DNA from: the human T2T-CHM13v2.0 reference genome, Homo sapiens
Reading direction: 5' to 3' (one strand)
Assembly: GCF_009914755.1 (NCBI RefSeq)
Contig: NC_060930.1
Length of the DNA: 64,000 nucleotides
Shown here: piece after piece, positions 29,009-42,039 of the stretch
Numbering within the stretch: position 1 is the stretch's first letter
How the letters are laid out: each line of letters opens with the position of its first letter
Notes under the pieces: generated by a model
Databases searched by the model: none
Told to the model about the DNA's origin: nothing
What the model saw: only the letters and a program-made list of their open reading frames with translations
Translations under genes and position numbers: made by a program

Positions 29009-31303
29009 TGATATGGTTTGGCTGTGTCCCCACCCAAATCTCACCTTGTATTGTAACTCCTACAATTTCCACGTGTTGTGGGAGGAGCCCAGTGGGAGGT
29101 GATTGAATTATGTGGGCAGGTCTTTCCTGCATTATTCTCATGATAGTGAATAAGTTTCATGAGATCTGATGGTTTTTAAAAGGGGAGCTTCCTTGCACAA
29201 GCTCTGTTCTCTTGTCTGCCACCAGGTGAGACATGCCTTTCACCTTCCACCTTGATTGTGAGGCCTCTCCAGCCATGTGGAACTGTATGTCCAATAGACC
29301 TTTCTTTTGTAAATTGCTCAGTCTCAGGTATGTCTATATCAGCAGTGTGAAAATGGACTAATACAGTAAATTGGTACCAGTAGAGTGGGTCATTGCTGAA
29401 AAGATACCTGAAATGTGGAAGTGACTTTGGAACTGGGTAACTGGCAGAGGCTGGAACAGTTTGAAGGGATCAGAAGAAGACAGGAAGATATGGGAAATTT
29501 TGGAACTTCATAGAGACTTGCTGAATGGCTTTGACAAAAATGCTGTTAGTGATATGAACAATAAGGTCCAGGCTGAGGTGGTCTCAGATGGAGATGAGAA
29601 ACCTGTTGGGAACTGGAACGAAGGTGACTCTTGTTATGTTTAAGCAAAGAGACTGGTGGCATTTTGCTCTTACCCTAGAGATTTGTGAAACTTTGAACTT
29701 GAGAGAGATGATTTGATTTAGGGTATCTGGTAGAAGAAATTTCTAAGCAGCAAAGCTTTCAAGATGTGACTTGGGTGTTGTTAAATGCATTCAGTTTTAT
29801 AAAGGAAGCAGAGCATAAAATTTTGGAGAATTTGCAGCCAGACAATGTGATAGAAAAGAAAAATCCATTTTCTCAGTAGAAATTCAAGCTGGCTGCAGAA
29901 ATTTGCATAAGTAACAAGAAGCTGAATGTTAATCCCCAAGACAATGGGGAAAATGTCTCCTGGACATGTCAGAGGTCTTCATGGCCCCTCCTCTCATCAC
30001 AGGCCCAGAAGCCTGGGAGGAAAAAATGATTTCATGGGCCAGGCCCAGGGTTCCTCTGCTGTGTGCAGTCTATGGACTTGGTGCCCTGTGTCCCAGCTGC
30101 TCTAGCTGTGGCTGAAAGTGGCCAACAAAGAGCTCAGACTATGGGTTCAGAGGGGGCAAGCCTCAAGCATTGGAGGCTTCCATATGGTGTTGAGTCTGTG
30201 AGTGCAGAGAAGTCAAGAACTGAGGTTTGGGAACCTCCACCTGGATTTCAGAGGATGTATGGAAATGCCTGGATGTCTGTGCAGAAGTTTGCTGCAGGGG
30301 CAGGGCTCTCATGGAGAATCTCTGCTAGGGCAGTGTGGAAGGAAAATGTGGGGTTGGAGCCCTCACACAGACTCCCTACTGGGTCACTGCCTAGTGGAGC
30401 TGTGAGAAGAGGACTATTGTCCTCCAGACCCCAGAATGGTAGATCCACTGACAGCTTGAGCTCTGTGCCTAGAAAAGCTACAGACACTCAATGCCAGCCC
30501 GTGAAAGCAGCCAGGAGGGGGGCTATATCCTGCAAAGCCACAGGGGCAGAGCTGCCCAAGACATGGGAACCCACTTCTTGCATCAGCATGACCTGAATGT
30601 GAGATATAGAGTCAAAGGAGATCATTTTGGAGCTTTAAGATTTGACTGCCCTGCTGGATTTCAGACTTGCATGGGGCCTGTAGACCCTTTGTTTTGGCCA
30701 ATTTCTCCCATTTGGAGTGGCTGTATTTACCCAATGCCTGTACCCCCATTATATCTAGGAAGTAACTAATTTGCCTTTGATTTTACAGGCTCTTAGGCAG
30801 AAGGGATTTGCCTTGTGTCAGGTGAGACATTGGACTGTGGACTTTTGAGTTAAGGCTGAAATGAGTTAAGACTTTGAGGGGACTGTTGGGAAGGCATGAT
30901 TGGTTCTGAAATGTGAGGACATGAGATTTGGGAGGGGCCAGGAGTGGAATGATATGGTTTGGCTGTGTCTGCACCCAAATCTCATCTTGAATTGTAACTT
31001 CCACAATTTCCACATGTCATGGAAGGAACCCAGTGGGAAGTGATTGAATTATGGGGGTGGGTTTTTCCTGTGAAATTCTCATGATAGTGAATAAGTCTCT
31101 TGAGATCTGATGGTTTTAAAAAGGTGTGTTTCTCTGCATAAGCTCTCTTGTCTGCTGTCATGTGAGATGTGCCTTTTCCCCTCCACCGTGAATGTGAGGC
31201 CTCCCCAGCCATGTGGAACTGTAAGTCCAATAAACCTCTTTATTTTGTAAATTACCCAGTCTCGGGTATGTCTTTATCAGCAGTATGAAAAAGGATTAAT
31301 ACA
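29009..31303 (+). mobile_element. Full-length THE1 (THE1A-type) MaLR provirus: 5' LTR 29009-29365, internal 29366-30949, 3' LTR 30950-31303
   Basis: TG...CA LTR ends, gtaaattggtacc after the 5' LTR, polypurine tract gggaggggccaggagtggaa, perfect TSD CTAGC (29004-29008, 31304-31308). Confidence 0.98.
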
Positions 31304-31427
31304 CTAGCTCTCTCTCTGGAAGATATGAATGACAAGAAATAATGCTTTCCTCTGAATTATGGAAACTCAAGTGAATTTTACCTTCCTTGTACTCTTTTAT
31401 GTTTGTAGACTGCTTCTTTCTTTTGTT

Positions 31428-31476
31428 TCGTCCTCTGCCTCCTCCTCTTTCTCTTCCGCCTTCTCCTACTCCTCCT
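31428..31476. repeat. CT-rich, (CCT)-like low-complexity tract
   Basis: tcctctgcctcctcctctttctcttccgccttctcctactcctcct. Confidence 0.7.
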
Positions 31477-32039
31477 ATTAGGGTGTATCAAAGTTAGTAA
31501 AGAAAGAAAAAATCTTCATTTTGAAAGATAAAATATTCAAGATTTTTCGATATGTTCAAAACCCTTTAAAAAGTGCGTGTGGAGATGCAGGTGCCTATGT
31601 ATCTGAAATGGTAGTTAGGAAACTCAGCTATTAGCCATGAGCTTTAAATCGATAGGAGACACACATTTAGAAGCCACATGATGTTTGGGAGTTTAATCTC
31701 CTAAGATAATCACACTTCTGCTGTGCTCTATTGTACAACTTGTCTCTTTAATGATATTTTCAAATTGCCCCATCAAGCCTAGATGAAATATTGCCACTGA
31801 GGGCAGTTAACTACATCCTATTATTCCCATGGCAGCAAGCTTTGTTATCATAAAAAATTAAGACTCAGAATTTAAATTTAAAGTTTGGCAATTTGCAGTG
31901 AGGTTTCCAACTTTTAATTCCAGCCTCCTCCTTTGGGAAATCCTGTGCTTTTGTGAGTTGTGTAACTCCTGTCTTTTGGGGAAAGAGCAGTCTAGACTCC
32001 ACTTGAAAAGGCTTTTTGCAATTTCCCTGTGGCCCAGAG

Positions 32040-32221
32040 CAGTGGTTCTCAGGCTCACAGGAGCATCAGAATCTCCTGGAGTGCAGCCAAAACACAGATT
32101 GCTGGGCTGTACCCCACAAGTGCTGAGCTAGGAGGTCTAGGGGCCTTCTGAGGGTCTGCAGTTCTCACGAGGTCACAGGTGGGCTGAAGCTGCTGGCCCA
32201 GGGACCACATTGTGAGTACTG
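32040..32221 (+). mobile_element. MER5A (hAT-Charlie)
   Basis: cagtggttctc...gcatcagaatctcctggag...cagattgctgggc...gctgctggcccagggaccaca...actg. Confidence 0.88.
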
Positions 32222-35200
32222 GCTTACAGTAATCCAGCTTATTTACAGGTCTGTATTTCCCATCTTTTAAATTGTAAACCTACAGATGATGCTTTTTAAG
32301 ATACATTAAGAGGGTTGAGTCATTAAGCACAGGGTGCTCTTAAAAGGAGGCAAGAGGAGTTCATCTCGGTCCTCCCCTCATGAGTTCTGCAAGTGAGCAC
32401 ATATATAGCATATATACAGTGGCTTATGTTCTGCCTAACGGAAAAAGACTTGACCATCATGGCCAGACTCATGAAAACCAGGCACCTGGAATAAAATAAG
32501 TCTGCTGGGTTTCACCTCTTGTCTTTCTTCCTTCTCATTTTGTTTGGTTGGGGGGTGGGAATTTGTGTTTGTGGTGGGACCTTTGAGTATGTCTTTATTG
32601 AAACTTTTTTTTACCCCTCTGAAGTGGGAGCAGTTGAAGGAAGGGTTGGTAGTCAAGACGAGGGAGAAAAGATGACATTTTAAAAAGAAGTTGGGCTGAA
32701 AACCAATTTTTCAGGTTAACTTCAAGGTTTAAAACAATGTTAGTCTAATATGGAAGCCAGACAAAGTTAATTCCGGCAGGGACTTGCTAATGAACTCTGT
32801 ATAGGAGACAGCCGGAATCCCGCCACCTTCTATTTCTAAATTTGCGGGTACACCTAAGGAGCTTGCACACTTAAATCTTCCATAAATCATACTTAGGTGA
32901 GATGCTTCCCCCTGCTCCATTTCTGCAATGATCTGTTGGAAAAAACTCTAGATCTTTATGAGGTGATGTCCATGTTCATCATTAATGAGATTCCCAGTTT
33001 AAAAAAAAAACCCTTTTGAGTTCTGTGTAGTTTAGCTACCTATTTTTCTTTTCTTATCACCAAATTTTATTTCTTTCAGGAATATTTCAAATTTTTATTA
33101 AGAATTTATTCCTATTTTATGGAGAAATGAAAGTTGGAAAGGGGAAGATTTTGTTTCAACAAAATAAAAACGTTTTGAGAAGGCAGAGAAGTGTTTTAAA
33201 TGGGGATGAAGTGACCCCCGCATGTTCCTTATTTCTGAAGATTTTCCAGCACGGGTTGAACAACAATAACAACTGCAGAAGACACTGAGTGCTGTGAAAA
33301 GAATTTCGCTTTGATGGTTTCTAGCGATGACTTCATAACTCACTGATCTTGTGGGTTCTGTCTTTGGGCAGTGGTTTCTCTTCCTTGGTTTTAGAGTGAT
33401 TTATCCGTGAAATGAAAGCCTGACAAACATTTAATGTAAAAATACCATTGTTTCCTATGTGCGAACTCACGGGCTACCCTCTCCTCCCCATCATCCTCAC
33501 TGCCTTCATTTGTCATCCTGGAAATAGCAGCAGTGGCATGTGGCCTGAAATAACTGCAGAGTCAGGAGAACAAAACTGAACTTTCAGTGCCCAAGATTTA
33601 TGCATCAAAAATGTCTAGGTCCCAAAACATGCTTTATGAGAGCTAAAAAGGAGATCTAGTCCCTCTGCCTCAGGTGACAAATGGGCCATATGTCTGTGAG
33701 ATTTACCTGCTCACCGGCACCTGATATTCGGCAAGCCTCTGAAATCATAAGGGATCATTCCAGGGTGCAGCATGGCCTCAGTCCAGTCATAGTAACAATC
33801 ATCACTCATCATTGCAGTGGGAATTCCAGCCTAGCAGACTGTTTAAGAAAGATACAGGAACATGTAGCCAAGTGATATATGGTCACTGTATAATTATTCA
33901 ACAATCACATATCTTCTCGAGTTACGAAAATGAGAAACTACCTCAATATTCCTGACTGCTGAGCACAATGTCTATGTTGAGTAAGATGTTATTGACATTG
34001 ATCCTTGGGCCCCCAAACCTACCCATTTCATCCAATATTCAGAGTCCACTGGTGTAGAAACAGAAGCAGGGTAGCTTTCAGGCTTGGAAATCTCGTGGCT
34101 TTCATTTGATGACCACCTCCTTCCATTTCTATTTCCCTATTTCTCTTGAAAAAGCTTTGTTGTTAGTCATTTTCACTTTCTGGTTCTCTGTTTCTTATTA
34201 TTCATCCATTTAAACTATAAACAAGGTTTAGTTTATAGTGGACTATTATTACGTTGACCACATAATACAACTTATTTTGTTCAATTAACCAAACCATATA
34301 TATCTGTGGGGAGGAAAAAACAAATATCTACAAAAGTTGTAATGCACGTTCTTGTCTGCCTTGCAAAGACCTACTTTCCTCTCAGAGAGAAATGGGAGCT
34401 GTAGCCTACTACAGTTAATTTCCATCTAAGGTCTTTCAAAGGATACTATGTCTTTGTTTTGAGTTGATTAACATTTTTGTTTGTTTGTTCCTGGACATTG
34501 GCTGCCCTAACACACAAGGACACTACTACTTGTCAAGGAAGATAACTTTATGTTTTATTTTTAAATAAAAATTATAGTTTTTGAAGGGTGCTTTCTATGA
34601 AATTGTGTTCTACTCCAGAAGTAAAGTTAAACCAGTATCTTTGTCACATGTTGCCAAAGAACGGTCTTTATGGCAGTGCCATAAACGGAGATTCTGAGCT
34701 ATTTCTAGACATGCTTGTCTGTTATGATGATAAAGAAGTCCATGATTTCAGCACACTCATTTAACTAGTGGGTTCAAATAGCCACAAATGATAGCTTTTC
34801 CATTTCACTTTTTTTGCTTGCCACTATTACTCACTTGGTTTAATGGAATATTTTCATTCCAGTTACGATTGCACCTCAATTACTAGGTCTGGTGGTTGAT
34901 GAAATCAATAGAAGTAGCCACTGCTGAAATGGAATATCTTCTGGGTGAATCTTTATTACTTTACTGCCCCAGTAGATCTATACCCTCTCAGGGGTATTGG
35001 AAAACTTTCATTAAACCTTTTGAGAGTTATGATCTAACTGGGGAGACAAAATACAAACAGGCTAAAACTAAGTAAGATCACTGGATCTAAATAGAAATTT
35101 TCAATAAAACCTATGAGGTGCCACATGGTGGTCTATGATCATTGTTTGATTCAATGGTGAAGCTAATTCTAAGGCAGGATGTCTGATCTTCCAGAGATAT

Positions 35201-36639
35201 ACGTCACCTAATAGTTGCTACAATTGATTGGGTCATGCTGGCTGGCTCATGTCCACTCTCCTTCCAGCTCCCTTATTTAACTTACCTCACCTCCTGTACT
35301 CTCTGAAAATGTCATGTTCAGTCATTGAATTCTACTTCCTGAGGTGTAGCAGGGCCCATATTCACATGAGTAGCTGATGCATTCTTGTGTGTAAGAGGAG
35401 GAAAAATCACATCATGAACCAGAAGGAAGTTGGGAACTGTGACCTGGATCTTCAGCTCGATTTTTAAGGGTGGTAAGATTTGGAAGGCTTGAGTAGAGGC
35501 TTAAAACTGTATGAATAAAAAGGTAGAGAGGAAAACCCCGTCAGGCTGGAAAAGATAGGTTACTTGGGCAAGTACATTGGAAAGAGAGGTAGCACCTTAT
35601 TAAGATTTGGGAGTCATCGGCCAAAAAGTGACTGCTAGCACTGTAGAAATAAATAGGATCGCCAAATAAGGGAATGCAATGAGAAAATAACTGAGGCCTG
35701 AAGCTTGAGAGGAGGAGGGGAATGAGAAGCTAGTAAAGGAGAAAGAGAAGGACCTCTGTGTACTCAAAGATGAAAGGCTCGTTGCTAAGAGGGATATCAC
35801 ATAAATTGAAAATTGGCAATGGTTTGGACCAAATGCTATATAAATCGATACTTTTCATTAACAAAGTGCCTTGTAATTTGATTTGATCTTATTTGAAGAC
35901 ATCATTACTTTTAAAGGGATATTTATGCTCCTAAGTTCAGGCATAGAAACGAGCATTAATCAAAGATATTAGCTCATGTTAATTTTTCTTTGCTACATTT
36001 ATGCTTGAGTCAGTAATACCATTTTGGGCTATATCTACATAAAAATCTATATATTGAGAGAATGAGAGAGAGCAATGTTGTAGGGTAAAAAAGAAAAAAA
36101 GTCCTTTTGGCAATTAAGTGGATGGTTGATTCCCTTAATATTCTAAGAGCAAACACAGCTATCATTATAAATCACTATAGTTGATGAGTCTAATTCCTTT
36201 TAGTGCCATTACAGCAGATGCTCACATTTCAATCCTCCATGGACAGATCAATCTTCGTCATCTCCTCATACATATTCCAACATCTATACTGGAGCTTTAG
36301 CATACTGCATTGGCATGAGACAGCAGCATCGATTTTTGGTAAACTAGCAAAACAGCTACTTGGGAAACCGGAATAAGACAGCACAAAAATTCCTGTTATT
36401 TCCAAAAATAACAGTGGCCACCAGTTACCTGTGCATGTGAAGCTGTGAGTGTGAATGCACCCACTTGGCCAATGCTGGCTTTCTGGAGGAGTTTCCTCCA
36501 AAGGAGAGGTAGTTGAGGCCTTAGCACTTGTCACATGTAGCAGCATTAAATCAGAACCAGCACTAGTGTCAATGAAAAAGCCTTTCTAATGTAGGAGATT
36601 GAGAATGGCTACACTTGGTGGTCTTTTAAAAACAACCAC

Positions 36640-36700
36640 CACACACACACATACACACACACACACACATACACACACACACACACAGAGTCACACACAT
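36640..36700. repeat. Interrupted (CA)n microsatellite
   Basis: CA repeats with TA interruptions. Confidence 0.95.
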
Positions 36701-36922
36701 GTGCCAGTTTCCTGATTATTCCTGATTAGAATACCACATATGATTTTGGAATAAAAGGTGGCAAAAACTGCCTCAGGAAAGAAAATATTTGAGTTTTTTT
36801 TTTTTTTGTGAAAATTCTAGCCACTTTGATTAACTGGAATCCTTGAAGAGTTCCAAAGACTCTAGCTATCTTTTTTTTCTGTTCTACCTGGATAGAGGTT
36901 CAAAACAAGGCCTATGGCTGAC

Positions 36923-37460
36923 TGTATCAGTTTCCTGAGGCTGCTGTGAAAAAGTCCCGCAAACTGGGAGGCAGAAACAACAGAAATGTATTCTCTCACT
37001 GTTCTTGAGGCTGAACTCTGAGGTCAGATGTCCGCTGGGTTGGCTCCTCCCCGGGCTGTGTGGGAGAATCTGTCCCAGGCTTCTTCCCAGCTCCATGAGG
37101 CTTGCTGGTAATCTTTGAAGTATCTGGGCTTCTGCTGCCTCACCCTGATCTATGCCTCCAGCATCACATCATGTTCTCCCTGTGTCCAGAGACCTGTGTC
37201 CACATTTCCCTTTTTCATAAGGACAACAGTATTAGATTAGGGACCGATCCTACACCACTAGGACCTCATCTTAACTAATTATATCTTCAATGACCCTATT
37301 TCCAAATAAGGTCACATTCTGAAGTACGGGGAGTTAAAATTTCAACATGTGAATTTGGGGGGGGGGATGCAATTCAACCCATAACACTGTGGCTGCTAAT
37401 CCCCCCAAATTCATGTTCTTCTCACATACAAAGTACATTCACCTCATCCCAACATCCCCA
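36923..37460 (-). mobile_element. MLT1C-type LTR (36923-37386) plus ~75 bp of adjacent internal sequence
   Basis: tgtatcagtttcctgaggctgctgt...gaccctatttccaaataaggtcacattctgaag...aattcaacccataaca; 37387-37460 is the reverse complement of sequence like 63320-63396. Confidence 0.9.
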
Positions 37461-37461
37461 G

Positions 37462-39771
37462 CTCTTTCCAAAGATGATCACACCACATCTTCCATCCAAA
37501 ATACATTTTTGCAATGTCACTTGGTCTTTTCCACAGTAAGAGGGAAACTATTTCATCTCCCTTTGCTTTCGGTTACTCTTGACCTGTTCTAATCAACGGA
37601 ATGTGATGGGAATGACACGGTGTGGCTTCTGAGGATGGGCCTTACAAGAGCTGTAGCTTCTGCCTTCACCTCAAGGAATGTCCATTATTGGGACCCAACC
37701 TCCACGTCAGGACAAAGCTCAAACTGCCACCTGGAGAAGCCCCAGTCTACAGCACACTGAACCCAAGCCAGGGATGAATACCAATTGCCAGCCATGATAG
37801 TGAGAATATTCTGAACTCTCCAGCCATCCCAGCACTTCCTATAACACCACATAGAGTGGGAGAACTTCCTGGCCACATGAAGAACTATAATGAATAATTG
37901 CTCTTTAAAGCCACTGTGTTCTGAGGTGCTTTGTTAGTAGCAATAGAAAAAGTGAAACAGAATTTGGTATCAGAAGTGGGATGCAGTGAGCAATAACTGC
38001 ACCATCGTACTCCAGCCTGGATGACAGGGCAAGACTTTGTCTCAAAATATTTTTTAGAAAATAAAAAAAGAAGTGGGATGCTTCAATAACACAAACCCAA
38101 AGCAGATGGTGTTGGCTTTGCTAGATAGAAACTTAAAAAATAGCAAGTAGATTTATTGCAGACCAGGAAGGTGGTAAGAAAATTGCCACTCAAGCCTGGG
38201 AAAATGGTGACCTGCATTCTGTAGTTGAAGAACATTTGGCAAAACTAATACTAGCAGGAACATAGAAGATAGAACATGGACCTAATGAACTTGTGAATTT
38301 GGCTAAGGAAATTCCCAGGCAGAATGTTCTAAGTGCCAGCGGGCTTCTTTGAGCTCTTGATAATAAAGTGTGGAGAAAGACCGATTTAAAAAGAAATGGA
38401 TTTTTAAGCAGAATTTAAAGAAAGTATTCCAACTTAGATTTTGCTGGGTTAGAAAATACAACTATTTCTCATTTCTAGCCTGTCCAGTGGGCAGAAGGTT
38501 CTGAAAGTAAGAGGTGGCTCAGACAAAAATCAAAGACACTTACTGCCAGGACCATATGGCTTCATGTTTCAGGTCAAGTCAAGGACACGGATACAAAACC
38601 CTTTGTTAAGATCAGAGAATGTGTGAAAAGGGGCTTGTTACTCCTGAGCTAGACAAGTTTCTCCTAAGATTCCTAAGAGCATTTACCCATGGAACTCTGA
38701 ATTACAGCTAAAGCAGAGAGAAGGCCCATTGCACAGAGATATGTAGGCAGAACTTTTGTCTGGCGGGTTGGATTATAATTGTATATCCTGAAATCCCACA
38801 GAAGCTGTATCAGTTTAGCCTGAAAGGGATAAAGACAGTGCAACACAGAAAGAAGTCTCCTTTCCCCCGATGTCCTGAGGGCTGTCCGAAAACTACCTAG
38901 TTGAAAGCATGGACTATTTCTTATAGAAAAGGAAGGGTGATTCAGAGGGTAGAACCAAAAGCTTGAAGGGAGAAGCCATATGTGGCGGAGAGCTGCTCCC
39001 AGCGGGGAGATCTAGGGTTTCTTCAGTGAGCAGGAGGAATTGCAGGGCAGACATGGCTGCGTTCCAATCGTTACATGCTTCCCCTTTCCTCCTGTGGAGT
39101 GTCTGCTGCAGATACTGTGTGTGTGGAAGGCAGTTGGCTTGTCTTTTTAATTCATGGATTTACCTGTGTCCGACTTAGATCATGAGATCCTAGTCTTTGC
39201 ATTAGACCCTGACACCATAACGAGATGAGAGTTATGGACTCTTGGGAGAAAGTAAGTGTATTTTGCATGTCAAAGAATATAAATATTTTATGGCCAAAGG
39301 ATAGATTCTAGTAGATTATAGATGACTACAAATTCTTGCTTCTTCTCCTATTGAGAGGCAGGGTTTATTTTCGTCCCCCTTGCATCTGGCCTGGCCCTTT
39401 GCCTGGATTTGACCAGGAGAAGGCAGCAAGGATGCTGATAGCACCTCTGTGGCTAGGAATCTATCTGCAGCTTCCACCTGTGCTCCTCTTGGGAAAGCTC
39501 TCATGGAATCCAGCCACATGTCAAGAACCCAAGTTTGGCCAAGTGGGAAACAGAGAGAGGTCTTGCAGCTCCTCCTCCTCCAAGGTCCCAGACATGCAAA
39601 TGAAACCATCTAACTATAACTTAATGACAGTGACCAATGTCTCAAAGAGCAAAATAAATGTCCTTTCCTCCCTGCCTAAACTTATGATGAAAAAATTGTG
39701 AACAAATAAAAGTAACAGACTCTTGGGGGCAGTTCGTTACTTAACAATCATAACAATGGGTAAACCAAACA
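37462..39771 (+). mobile_element. Ancient MLT1G/H-type provirus: LTR ~37462-37959, internal ~37960-39306, LTR ~39307-39771
   Basis: ttccaaagatg LTR start; ttaaagccact...caatagaaaaagtgaaaca|gaatttggta junction; gtattttgcatgt...ggccaaaggatagat pre-LTR tract; second LTR gtagattatagatgactacaaattctt. Confidence 0.8.
37985..38068 (+). mobile_element. Severely 5'-truncated Alu
   Basis: agtgag...tactccagcctggatgacagggcaagactttgtctc plus A-rich tail; 13-bp TSD AGAAGTGGGATGC (37972-37984, 38069-38081). Confidence 0.92.
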
Positions 39772-40617
39772 ACTTCTCAGACGAGACCACCTGCAGTAGG
39801 CTTGGCTCACGCCTTGGCCATGGCCCTCTCCAGAGATTAAATTTCCTGAAACTTCAGGTACATTGAGCACTATCCCAGTGTACCGTATATATGTGTTTAA
39901 TTAAAATAGAAGGAGTGTATTTTCATGTGATTAAACTTGAATTACACGGCATACATATTATTGAATTCTCAAAAATGGATCAAGTTCCCTAATATTTTAT
40001 CTTGGTTATGTTGAATCTGTCTTATAACTAAAACTGTTAGCCTGACTATACCATTTAGAGCTGGTCATATTTGATGAAAATACGCAGATGATCCATCAGA
40101 AACCATGTGAGGACAGTGAGTACAGAGTGAAGAAACACGATTCATGTCTCAGTGGGCATGGTAGCCCTTCTAGATCTTTGGCATCGAATCCTTCCATTTC
40201 TCCCTCATTTTCATTTACAGAACACAGTGTTTACTACGTGCAGTGGATGAAAGTTCTGAAAAGAACTATGAAGTACAAAGAGAGAAAAGGAACATTTTAA
40301 ATAAAGACAAATTCAAAACCCCAAACTCTTTGAAATTTCAAATAGTTTTCCCTTATTCACATCCATAAGCTGTAAATGAGGAACGATGTGAGACATCAGG
40401 GTCTTGTTGGAGTGTTTAGCTGATCACAGACCTTCTTTCTCTTTTCATGTCCCCTGATTTCCATTTGGGGAGCTGTGAGCTATACCCACAGTTATTACCA
40501 AAATTGATTTCGAGTCTACATCTAAAGCATTATCCACTACTTCTCTGAGGAAGATGAAATATATATTTATCAAAATGTCTCGGCTGAATAAAAGATAAAT
40601 AAAAGCTGATGTAATAA

Positions 40618-40932
<315 letters not shown>

Positions 40933-42039
40933 TCATCATTCTTTCATTTCAAATTTTCCTCCTTCCATTGCCATCTGTGAGGCTGGCTTCCCCGCAAGTG
41001 TAGTGAGCCGACAAGGGAAGCAGGTGCCGTAAGTAATAGATGTCTAAGAAGGTTGTCTGCAAAGACAGGTACACCTGTAAAGGACAATTGGCATGCTGTT
41101 GGAGTTTCCACAGATAATTACATTACCCAGACTTGTAAAATGTCAGACATAAAAGAATAAACAGGATTCTGGATTTGGTGGTTCTTTCTAATCAAATAGA
41201 GCCATCTATGGAGCAAATCTTTATTTCACTGGTTTATGTCAGAATGATGCCCTTTCGTCAGCAGCTCTTTATTCACGAAATATTGCACAGGCAAGCATTT
41301 TTCCCCTCTCCACAGTATTAATTAAATTACATAAAACTGGCAGTGTTTAAATTCTGGCATCTGTATTGTCTCACTTAATTACACCCCTGGACTCCTTTCA
41401 AAATCCTTTCATTTGCTACAGGGACATCTATCGGTGAAAGGGGAAGAAATCAGATGCAAGTGATCAAATGTAATTTGGGGTTTGCACCTGGCCCCATCCC
41501 CAGCCTTGCTGAACCGATTCCTGCAGTCTGTCTGTCTGGAGCACTTCCACCCTGTGCAAAATGGCTATCATTAGATAGCAGAGGGAAACTAACGCAACAA
41601 CAGAGATTTCGTTTTGAAATAAGGAAATTCTATCGTTGGGCCTCACAAATAAAATACTTTTCTATATTCTTTCAACTTTTTTCAAACCCACTCAAGAATA
41701 CCCTAAAGTGAAATACATTTTTTCCCTCCCCAGTCTCAGCAACCCACTTACGTCATTTAAGGAGCTTCCTTATAGCTCGAGCTCACAAGAACTGTCCACA
41801 AGCTCACAGTGAACGCCGTGCCTCGGAGGAGGTGTCTGAAGGCCAAGCTCGGCAGAGGCCGGTTCTGCCTTCCCAGGGCTTGGGCAGGGTGGACAGGACA
41901 TTCGCAAGGCAGAAGAGTCAAGCACCCAGCTCCAGCTGTCCGGTTAAAAACTGTTGCCAGAATAAAGATTAAGGACTCCCACAAGATTTTTTTTTTCTTT
42001 CTTTCTTTTTTCTTGCCAGTTCTTTCTCTTTTTTTCTTT

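Noticed and set aside
30063-30596. 177-aa ORF and neighbours (29461-29643, 30491-30769)
   Set aside because: Fragments of the THE1 internal region, broken by stops and frameshifts; the 177-aa ORF starts at GTG. Not a host gene.
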